A stretch of DNA of 64,000 bases from the human T2T-CHM13v2.0 reference genome, Homo sapiens. Position 1 is the first letter of the stretch. Each line of letters starts with the position of its first letter. The stretch is taken from assembly GCF_009914755.1 (NCBI RefSeq), contig NC_060932.1, one strand, 5' to 3'. Below, piece by piece: positions 53,789 to 64,000 of the stretch. The notes below the pieces were generated by a model. It saw nothing but the letters and a program-made list of their open reading frames with translations, searched no databases and had not been told where the DNA came from. A program made the translations under genes and the position numbers.

Positions 53789-56700
53789 AGTGTGTTCTCC
53801 ACTAACAGAGTTGAACCTTTCTTTTGACAGAACTGTTCTGAAACATTCTTTTTATAGAATCTGGAAGTGGATATTTGGAAAGCTTTGAGGATTTCGTTGG
53901 AAACGGGAATATCTTCAAATCAAATCTAGCCAGAAGCATTCTAAGAAACATCTTAGGGATGTTTACATTCAAGTCACAGAGTTGAACATTCCCTTTCACA
54001 GAGCAGGTTTGAAACAATCTTCTCGTACTATCTGGCAGTGGACATTTTGAGCTCCTTGGGGCCTATGCTGAAAAAGGAAATATCTTCCGACAAAAACTAG
54101 ACAGAAGCATTCGCAGAATCACGTTTGTGATGTGTGCACTCAACTGTCAGAATTGAACCTTGGTTTGGACAGAGCACTTTTGAAACACTCTTTTTGTAGA
54201 ATCTGCAGGTGGATATTTGGCTAGCTTTGAGGATTTCGTTGGAAACGGTAATGTCTTCAAAGAAAATCTAGACAGAAGCATTCTCAGAAACACCTTCGTG
54301 ATGTTTGCAATCAAGTCACAGAGTTGAACCTTCCGTTTCATAGAGCAGGTTGGAAACACTCTTTTTGTAGTATCTGGAAGTGGACATTTGGAGGGCTTTG
54401 TAGCCTATCTGGAAAAAGGAAATATCTTCCCATGAATGCGAGATAGAAGTAATCTCAGAAACATGTTTATGCTGTATCTACTCAACTAACTGTGCTGAAC
54501 ATTTCTATTGATAGAGCAGTTTTGAGACACTCTTCTTTTGGAATCTGCAAGTGGATATTTGGATAGATTTGAGGATTTCGTTGGAAACGGGATTATATAT
54601 AAAAAGTAGACAGCAGCATTCTCAGAAACTTCTTTGTGATGTTTGCATCCAGCTCTCAGAGTTGAACATTCCCTTTCATAGAGTAGGTTTGAAACCCTCT
54701 TTTTATAGTGTCTGGAAGCGGGCATTTGGAGCGCTTTCAGGCCTATGCTGAAAAAGGAAATATCTACCTATAGAAACTAGACAGAAGCATTCTGAGAATC
54801 ACGTTTGTGATGTGGGTACTCAACTAACAGTGTTGATCCATTCTTTTGATACAGCAGTTTTGAACCACACTTTTTGTAGAATCTGCAAGTGGATATTTGG
54901 ATAGCTGTGAGGATTTCGTTGGAAACGGGAATGTCTTCATAGAAAATTTAGACAGAAGCATTCTCAGAACCTTGATTGTGATGTGTGTTCTCCACTAACA
55001 GAGTTGAACCTTTCTTTTGACAGAACTGTTCTGAAACATTCTTTTTATAGAATCTGGAATTGGATATTTGGAAAGCTTTGAGGATTTCGTTGGAAACGGG
55101 AATATCTTCAAATAAAATCTAGCCAGAAGCATTCCAAGAAACATCTTAGGGATGTTTACATTCAAGTCACAGAGTTGAACATTCCCTTTCACAGAGCAGG
55201 TTTGAAACAATCTTCTCGTACTATCTGGCAGTGGACATTTTGAGCTCCTTGGGGCCTATGCTGAAAAAGGAAATATCTTCCGACAAAAACTAGACAGAAG
55301 CATTCGCAGAATCACGTTTGTGATGTGTGCACTCAACTGTCAGAATTGAACCTTGGTTTGGACAGAGCACTTTTGAAACACCCTTTTTGTAGAATCTGCA
55401 GGTGGATATTTAGCTAGCTTTGAGGATTTCGTTGGAAACGGTAATGTCTTCAAAGAAAATCTAGACAGAAGCATTCTCAGAAACACCTTCGTGATGTTTG
55501 CAATCAAGTCACAGAGTTGAACCTTCCGTTTCATAGAGCAGGTTGGAAACACTCTTTTTGTAGTATCTGGAAGTGGACATTTGGAGGGCTTTGTAGCCTA
55601 TCTGGAAAAAGGAAATATCTTCCCATGAATGCGAGATAGAAGTAATCTCAGAAACATGTTTATGCTGTATCTACTCAACTAACTGTGCTGAACATTTCTA
55701 TTGATAGAGCAGTTTTGAGACACTCTTCTTTTGGAATCTGCAAGTGGATATTTGGATAGATTTGAGGATTTCGTTGGAAACGGGATTATATATCAAAAGT
55801 AGACAGCAGCATTCTCAGAAACTTCTTTGTGATGTTTGCATCCAGCTCTCAGAGTTGAACATTCCCTTTCATAGAGTAGGTTTGAAACCCTCTTTTTATA
55901 GTGTCTGGAAGCGGGCATTTGGAGCGCTTTCAGGCCTATGCTGAAAAAGGAAATATCTACCTATAGAAACTAGACAGAAGCATTCTGAGAATCACGTTTG
56001 TGATGTGGGTACTCAACTAACAGTGTTGATCCATTCTTTTGATACAGCAGTTTTGAACCACACTTTTTGTAGAATCTGCAAGTGGATATTTGGATAGCTG
56101 TGAGGATTTCGTTGGAAACGGGAATGTCTTCATAGAAAATTTAGACAGAAGCATTCTCAGAACCTTGATTGTGAAGTGTGTTCTCCACTAACAGAGTTGA
56201 ACCTTTCTTTTGACAGAACTGTTCTGAAACATTCTTTTTATAGAATCTGGAAGTGGATATTTGGAAAGCTTTGAGGATTTCGTTGGAAACGGGAATATCT
56301 TCAAATCAAATCTAGCCAGAAGCATTCTAAGAAACATCTTAGGGATGTTTACATTCAAGTCACAGAGTTGAACATTCCCTTTCACAGAGCAGGTTTGAAA
56401 CAATCTTCTCGTACTATCTGGCAGTGGACATTTTGAGCTCCTTGGGGCCTATGCTGAAAAAGGAAATATCTTCCGACAAAAACTAGACAGAAGCATTCGC
56501 AGAATCACGTTTGTGATGTGTGCACTCAACTGTCAGAATTGAACCTTGGTTTGGACAGAGCACTTTTGAAACACTCTTTTTGTAGAATCTGCAGGTGGAT
56601 ATTTGGCTAGCTTTGAGGATTTCGTTGGAAACGGTAATGTCTTCAAAGAAAATCTAGACAGAAGCATTCTCAGAAACACCTTCGTGATGTTTGCAATCAA

Positions 56701-57798
56701 GTCACAGAGTTGAACCTTCCGTTTCATAGAGCAGGTTGGAAACACTCTTTTTGTAGTATCTGGAAGTGGACATTTGGAGGGCTTTGTAGCCTATCTGGAA
56801 AAAGGAAATATCTTCCCATGAATGCGAGATAGAAGTAATCTCAGAAACATGTTTATGCTGTATCTACTCAACTAACTGTGCTGAACATTTCTATTGATAG
56901 AGCAGTTTTGAGACACTCTTCTTTTGGAATCTGCAAGTGGATATTTGGATAGATTTGAGGATTTCGTTGGAAACGGGATTATATATCAAAAGTAGACAGC
57001 AGCATTCTCAGAAACTTCTTTGTGATGTTTGCATCCAGCTCTCAGAGTTGAACATTCCCTTTCATAGAGTAGGTTTGAAACCCTCTTTTTATAGTGTCTG
57101 GAAGCGGGCATTTGGAGCGCTTTCAGGCCTATGCTGAAAAAGGAAATATCTACCTATAGAAACTAGACAGAAGCATTCTGAGAATCACGTTTGTGATGTG
57201 GGTACTCAACTAACAGTGTTGATCCATTCTTTTGATACAGCAGTTTTGAACCACACTTTTTGTAGAATCTGCAAGTGGATATTTGGATAGCTGTGAGGAT
57301 TTCGTTGGAAACGGGAATGTCTTCATAGAAAATTTAGACAGAAGCATTCTCAGAACCTTGATTGTGATGTGTGTTCTCCACTAACAGAGTTGAACCTTTC
57401 TTTTGACAGAACTGTTCTGAAACATTCTTTTTATAGAATCTGGAAGTGGATATTTGGAAAGCTTTGAGGATTTCGTTGGAAACGGGAATATCTTCAAATA
57501 AAATCTAGCCAGAAGCATTCCAAGAAACATCTTAGGGATGTTTACATTCAAGTCACAGAGTTGAACATTCCCTTTCACAGAGCAGGTTTGAAACAATCTT
57601 CTCGTACTATCTGGCAGTGGACATTTTGAGCTCCTTGGGGCCTATGCTGAAAAAGGAAATATCTTCCGACAAAAACTAGACAGAAGCATTCGCAGAATCA
57701 CGTTTGTGATGTGTGCACTCAACTGTCAGAATTGAACCTTGGTTTGGACAGAGCACTTTTGAAACACTCTTTTTGTAGAATCTGCAGGTGGATATTTA
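53789..57798 (+). repeat. Tandem duplication of a 2-HOR block (period 2386 bp)
   Basis: Rare variants recur 2386 bp apart: 53789/56175, 55135/57521, 55412/57798. Confidence 0.75.
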
Positions 57799-58492
57799 GC
57801 TAGCTTTGAGGATTTCGTTGGAAACGGTAATGTCTTCAAAGAAAATCTAGACAGAAGCATTCTCAGAAACACCTTCGTGATGTTTGCAATCAAGTCACAG
57901 AGTTGAACCTTCCGTTTCATAGAGCAGGTTGGAAACACTCTTTTTGTAGTATCTGGAAGTGGACATTTGGAGGGCTTTGTAGCCTATCTGGAAAAAGGAA
58001 ATATCTTCCCATGAATGCGAGATAGAAGTAATCTCAGAAACATGTTTATGCTGTATCTACTCAACTAACTGTGCTGAACATTTCTATTGATAGAGCAGTT
58101 TTGAGACACTCTTCTTTTGGAATCTGCAAGTGGATATTTGGATAGATTTGAGGATTTCGTTGGAAACGGGATTATATATCAAAAGTAGACAGCAGCATTC
58201 TCAGAAACTTCTTTGTGATGTTTGCATCCAGCTCTCAGAGTTGAACATTCCCTTTCATAGAGTAGGTTTGAAACCCTCTTTTTATAGTGTCTGGAAGCGG
58301 GCATTTGGAGCGTTTTCGGGCCTATGCTGAAAAAGGAAATATCTACCTATAGAAACTAGACACAAGCATTCTGAGAATCACGTTTGTGATGTGGGTACTC
58401 AACTAACAGTGTTGATCCATTCTTTTGATACAGCAGTTTTGAACCACACTTTTTGTAGAATCTGCAAGTGGATATTTGGATAGCTGTGAGGA

Positions 58493-58509
58493 TTTCGTTG
58501 GAAACTGGA
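58493..58509 (+). promoter_or_regulatory. Mutated CENP-B box 1 in a single HOR copy (CGGG>CTGG)
   Basis: TTTCGTTGGAAACTGGA; G>T at 58506 hits a core position. Confidence 0.85.
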
Positions 58510-61500
58510 ATGTCTTCATAGAAAATTTAGACAGAAGCATTCTCAGAACCTTGATTGTGATGTGTGTTCTCCACTAACAGAGTTGAACCTTTCTTTTGAC
58601 AGAACTGTTCTGAAACATTCTTGTTATAGAATCTGGAAGTGGATATTTGGAAAGCTTTGAGGATTTCGTTGGAAACGGGAATATCTTCAAATCAAATCTA
58701 GCCAGAAGCATTCTAAGAAACATCTTAGGGATGTTTACATTCAAGTCACAGAGTTGAACATTCCCTTTCACAGAGCAGGTTTGAAACAATCTTCTCGTAC
58801 TATCTGGCAGTGGACATTTTGAGCTCCTTGGGGCCTATGCTGAAAAAGGAAATATCTTCCGACAAAAACTAGACAGAAGCATTCGCAGAATCACGTTTCT
58901 GATGTGTGCACTCAACTGTCAGAATTGAACCTTGGTTTGGACAGAGCACTTTTGAAACACTCTTTTTGTAGAATCTGCAGGTGGATATTTGGCTAGCTTT
59001 GAGGATTTCGTTGGAAACGGTAATGTCTTCAAAGAAAATCTAGACAGAAGCATTCTCAGAAACACCTTCGTGATGTTTGCAATCAAGTCACAGAGTTGAA
59101 CCTTCCGTTTCATAGAGCAGGTTGGAAACACTCTTTTTGTAGTATCTGGAAGTGGACATTTGGAGGGCTTTGTAGCCTATGTGGAAAAAGGAAATATCTT
59201 CCCATGAATGCGAGATAGAAGTAATCTCAGAAACATGTTTATGCTGTATCTACTCAACTAACTGTGCTGAACATTTCTATTGATAGAGCAGTTTTGAGAC
59301 ACTCTTCTTTTGGAATCTGCAAGTGGATATTTGGATAGATTTGAGGATTTCGTTGGAAACGGGATTATATATCAAAAGTAGACAGCAGCATTCTCAGAAA
59401 CTTCTTTGTGATGTTTGCATCCAGCTCTCAGAGTTGAACATTCCCTTTCATAGAGTAGGTTTGAAACCCTCTTTTTATAGTGTCTGGAAGCGGGCATTTG
59501 GAGCGCTTTCAGGCCTATGCTGGAAAAGGAAATATCTACCTATGGAAACTAGACAGAAGCATTCTGAGAATCACGTTTGTGATGTGGGTACTCAACTAAC
59601 AGTGTTGATCCATTCTTTTGATACAGCAGTTTTGAACCACACTTTTTGTAGAATCTGCAAGTGGATATTTGGATAGCTGTGAGGATTTCGTTGGAAACGG
59701 GAATGTCTTCATAGAAAATTTAGACAGAAGCATTCTCAGAACCTTGATTGTGATGTGTGTTCTCCACTAACAGAGTTGAACCTTTCTTTTGACAGAACTG
59801 TTCTGAAACATTCTTGTTATAGAATCTGGAAGTGGATATTTGGAAAGCTTTGAGGATTTCGTTGGAAACGGGAATATCTTCAAATCAAATCTAGCCAGAA
59901 GCATTCTAAGAAACAACTTAGGGATGTTTACATTCAAGTCACAGAGTTGAACATTCCCTTTCACAGAGCAGGTTTGAAACAATCTTCTCGTACTATCTGG
60001 CAGTGGACATTTTGAGCTCCTTGGGGCCTATGCTGAAAAAGGAAATATCTTCCGACAAAAACTAGACAGAAGCATTCGCAGAATCACGTTTGTGATGTGT
60101 GCACTCAACTGTCAGAATTGAACCTTGGTTTGGACAGAGCACTTTTGAAACACTCTTTTTGTAGAATCTGCAGGTGGATATTTGGCTAGCTTTGAGGATT
60201 TCGTTGGAAACGGTAATGTCTTCAAAGAAAATCTAGACAGAAGCATTCTCAGAAACACCTTCGTGATGTTTGCAATCAAGTCACAGAGTTGAACCTTCCG
60301 TTTCATAGAGCAGGTTGGAAACACTCTTTTTGTAGTATCTGGAAGTGGACATTTGGAGGGCTTTGTAGCCTATGTGGAAAAAGGAAATATCTTCCCATGA
60401 ATGCGAGATAGAAGTAATCTCAGAAACATGTTTATGCTGTATCTACTCAACTAACTGTGCTGAACATTTCTATTGATAGACCAGTTTTGAGACACTCTTC
60501 TTTTGGAATCTGCAAGTGGATATTTGGATAGATTTGAGGATTTCGTTGGAAACGGGATTATATATCAAAAGTAGACAGCAGCATTCTCAGAAACTTCTTT
60601 GTGATGTTTGCATCCAGCTCTCAGAGTTGAACATTCCCTTTCATAGAGTAGGTTTGAAACCCTCTTTTTATAGTGTCTGGAAGCGGGCATTTGGAGCGCT
60701 TTCAGGCCTATGCTGAAAAAGGAAATATCTACCTATAGAAACTAGACAGAAGCATTCTGAGAATCACGTTTGTGATGTGGGTACTCAACTAACAGTGTTG
60801 ATCCATTCTTTTGATACAGCAGTTTTGAACCACACTTTTTGTAGAATCTGCAAGTGGATATTTGGATAGCTGTGAGGATTTCGTTGGAAACGGGAATGTC
60901 TTCATAGAAAATTTAGACAGAAGCATTCTCAGAACCTTGATTGTGATGTGTGTTCTCCACTAACAGAGTTGAACCTTTCTTTTGACAGAACTGTTCTGAA
61001 ACATTCTTTTTGTAGAATCTGGAAGTGGATATTTGGAAAGCTTTGAGGATTTCGTTGGAAACGGGAATATCTTCAAATCAAATCTAGCCAGAAGCATTCT
61101 AAGAAACATCTTAGGGATGTTTACATTCAAGTCACAGAGTTGAACATTCCCTTTCACAGAGCAGGTTTGAAACAATCTTCTCGTACTATCTGGCAGTGGA
61201 CATTTTGAGCTCCTTGGGGCCTATGCTGAAAAAGGAAATATCTTCCGACAAAAACTAGACAGAAGCATTCGCAGAATCACGTTTGTGATGTGTGCACTCA
61301 ACTGTCAGAATTGAACCTTGGTTTGGACAGAGCACTTTTGAAACACTCTTTTTGTAGAATCTGCAGGTGGATATTTGGCTAGCTTTGAGGATTTCGTTGG
61401 AAACGGTAATGTCTTCAAAGAAAATCTAGACAGAAGCATTCTCAGAAACACCTTCGTGATGTTTGCAATCAAGTCACAGAGTTGAACCTTCCGTTTCATA

Positions 61501-64000
61501 GAGCAGGTTGGAAACACTCTTTGTAGTATCTGGAAGTGGACATTTGGAGAGCTTTGTAGCCTATGTGGAAAAAGGAAATATCTTCCCATGAATGCGAGAT
61601 AGAAGTAATCTCAGAAACATGTTTATGCTGTATCTACTCAACTAACTGTGCTGAACATTTCTATTGATAGAGCAGTTTTGAGACACTCTTCTTTTGGAAT
61701 CTGCAAGTGGATATTTGGATAGATTTGAGGATTTCGTTGGAAACGGGATTATATATCAAAAGTAGACAGCAGCATTCTCAGAAACTTCTTTGTGATGTTT
61801 GCATCCAGCTCTCAGAGTTGAACATTCCCTTTCATAGAGTAGGTTTGAAACCCTCTTTTTATAGTGTCTGGAAGCGGGCATTTGGAGCGCTTTCAGGCCT
61901 ATGCTGAAAAAGGAAATATCTACCTATAGAAACTAGACAGAAGCATTCTGAGAATCACGTTTGTGATGTGGGTACTCAACTAACAGTGTTGATCCATTCT
62001 TTTGATACAGCAGTTTTGAACCACACTTTTTGTAGAATCTGCAAGTGGATATTTGGATAGCTGTGAGGATTTCGTTGGAAACGGGAATGTCTTCATAGAA
62101 AATTTAGACAGAAGCATTCTCAGAACCTTGATTGTGATGTGTGTTCTCCACTAACAGAGTTGAACCTTTCTTTTGACAGAACTGTTCTGAAACATTCTTG
62201 TTATAGAATCTGGAAGTGGATATTTGGAAAGCTTTGAGGATTTCGTTGGAAACGGGAATATCTTCAAATCAAATCTAGCCAGAAGCATTCTAAGAAACAT
62301 CTTAGGGATGTTTACATTCAAGTCACAGAGTTGAACATTCCCTTTCACAGAGCAGGTTTGAAACAATCTTCTCGTACTATCTGGCAGTGGACATTTTGAG
62401 CTCCTTGGGGCCTATGCTGAAAAAGGAAATATCTTCCGACAAAAACTAGACAGAAGCATTCGCAGAATCACGTTTGTGATGTGTGCACTCAACTGTCAGA
62501 ATTGAACCTTGGTTTGGACAGAGCACTTTTGAAACACTCTTTTTGTAGAATCTGCAGGTGGATATTTGGCTAGCTTTGAGGATTTCATTGGAAACGGTAA
62601 TGTCTTCAAAGAAAATCTAGACAGAAGCATTCTCAGAAACACCTTCGTGATGTTTGCAATCAAGTCACAGAGTTGAACCTTCCGTTTCATAGAGCAGGTT
62701 GGAAACACTCTTTGTAGTATCTGGAAGTGGACATTTGGAGGGCTTTGTAGCCTATCTGGAAAAAGGAAATATCTTCCCATGAATGCGAGATAGAAGTAAT
62801 CTCAGAAACATGTTTATGCTGTATCTACTCAACTAACTGTGCTGAACATTTCTATTGATAGAGCAGTTTTGAGACACTCTTCTTTTGGAATCTGCAAGTG
62901 GATATTTGGATAGATTTGAGGATTTCGTTGGAAACGGGATTATATATCAAAAGTAGACAGCAGCATTCTCAGAAACTTCTTTGTGATGTTTGCATCCAGC
63001 TCTCAGAGTTGAACATTCCCTTTCATAGAGTAGGTTTGAAACCCTCTTTTTATAGTGTCTGGAAGCGGGCATTTGGAGCGCTTTCAGGCCTATGCTGAAA
63101 AAGGAAATATCTACCTATAGAAACTAGACAGAAGCATTCTGAGAATCACGTTTGTGATGTGGGTACTCAACTAACAGTGTTGATCCATTCTTTTGATACA
63201 GCAGTTTTGAACCACACTTTTTGTAGAATCTGCAAGTGGATATTTGGATAGCTGTGAGGATTTCGTTGGAAACGGGAATGTCTTCATAGAAAATTTAGAC
63301 AGAAGCATTCTCAGAACCTTGATTGTGATGTGTGTTCTCCACTAACAGAGTTGAACCTTTCTTTTGACAGAACTGTTCTGAAACATTCTTTTTATAGAAT
63401 CTGGAAGTGGATATTTGGAAAGCTTTGAGGATTTCGTTGGAAACGGGAATATCTTCAAATCAAATCTAGCCAGAAGCATTCTAAGAAACATCTTAGGGAT
63501 GTTTACATTCAAGTCACAGAGTTGAACATTCCCTTTCACAGAGCAGGTTTGAAACAATCTTCTCGTACTATCTGGCAGTGGACATTTTGAGCTCCTTGGG
63601 GCCTATGCTGAAAAAGGAAATATCTTCCGACAAAAACTAGACAGAAGCATTCGCAGAATCACGTTTGTGATGTGTGCACTCAACTGTCAGAATTGAACCT
63701 TGGTTTGGACAGAGCACTTTTGAAACACTCTTTTTGTAGAATCTGCAGGTGGATATTTGGCTAGCTTTGAGGATTTCGTTGGAAACGGTAATGTCTTCAA
63801 AGAAAATCTAGACAGAAGCATTCTCAGAAACACCTTCGTGATGTTTGCAATCAAGTCACAGAGTTGAACCTTCCGTTTCATAGAGCAGGTTGGAAACACT
63901 CTTTTTGTAGTATCTGGAAGTGGACATTTGGAGGGCTTTGTAGCCTATCTGGAAAAAGGAAATATCTTCCCATGAATGCGAGATAGAAGTAATCTCAGAA

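Larger units (their letters stand above)
1..64000 (+). repeat. Centromeric alpha-satellite HOR array, 7-mer, 1193-bp unit, about 53.6 tandem copies, one orientation
   Basis: The ~171-bp alphoid monomer (CATTCTCAGAAAC...GTGATGT...GAGTTGAAC...TTTGAAAC...TCTGCAAGTGGATATTTGG...TAGACAGAAG) repeats throughout. Near-identical copies recur every 1193 bp, as the ORF track shows (882, 2075, 3268 ... 62898). 882+52x1193-10x2=62898, so every interval is 1193 or 1191 bp. Confidence 0.99.
1..64000 (+). other. Probable SF2 (D1/D2/FD-type) live HOR array; candidates D9Z4 (chr9, slightly favoured), D8Z2 7-mer (chr8), D13Z1 7-mer
   Basis: Alternating A/B dimeric organisation, TTTCGTTGGAAACGGGA boxes preceded by TTTGAGGA, and an odd monomer number with one B-B pair. 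Human SF2 arrays with 7-mer HORs are known on chr8, 9 and 13. The family call is from recall and the chromosome is not verified. Confidence 0.65.

Noticed and set aside
59323-59676. Unique 117-aa ORF
   Set aside because: It results from one A>G change at 59523 (TGA>TGG) reading through into the next monomer; not a gene.
133-63899. Repeated 64-94 aa ORFs on both strands (MFQTCSVK..., MFPTCSMK..., MDIWIDLR..., MPASRHYK..., MGRYFLFP...)
   Set aside because: They are translations of alpha-satellite monomers that recur with the HOR period. Several start at non-ATG codons (e.g. GTG at 882), and single variants create or destroy them (stops at 1376, 29998, 51466, 35936). No recognisable domain.
1-64000. 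CRISPR-like array (recurring GAGGATTTCGTTGGAAACGG motif with intervening sequence)
   Set aside because: The intervening segments are ~150-320 bp, homologous to one another and repeat exactly every HOR. There are no unique spacers, leader or cas genes. The motif is the CENP-B box.
1-64000. Hidden insertion (L1, Alu, other satellite) or inversion
   Set aside because: The period arithmetic accounts for every base (only 1193 or 1191 bp steps) and ORF strand order never flips.
1-64000. Definite chromosome assignment
   Set aside because: 7-mer SF2 HORs exist on more than one chromosome; an alignment to reference HOR consensus sequences is needed and cannot be run here.

Overview
The whole 64 kb window is one uninterrupted, single-orientation array of primate (most likely human) centromeric alpha-satellite DNA. 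It is a highly homogeneous 7-monomer higher-order repeat (HOR) of 1193 bp (six 171-bp monomers plus one 167-bp monomer), present in about 53.6 copies. Ten copies carry a 2-bp deletion and are 1191 bp. The box order in each HOR is B-B-A-B*-A-B-A: three intact CENP-B boxes, one fixed degenerate box (CGGG>CGGT) and three pJalpha/A-type boxes. This looks like a suprachromosomal family 2 (SF2; D1/D2/FD) live array. Candidates are D9Z4 (chr9), the 7-mer of D8Z2 (chr8) or the 7-mer of D13Z1; the chromosome cannot be fixed by eye. I saw no genes, transposon insertions, inversions or monomer-number variants, and all listed ORFs are by-products of the repeat. I found no novel protein-coding or RNA system. 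The informative signal is the pattern of single-base variants among HOR copies: local 3-HOR and 2-HOR tandem duplications, related blocks 28.6, 38.2 and 50.1 kb apart, reshuffled haplotypes, CpG decay, and a cluster of private mutations near 58.3-62.6 kb. Variants were read by eye, so the lists may be incomplete. HORs are numbered from window position 1, and 'offset' means position within HOR1.
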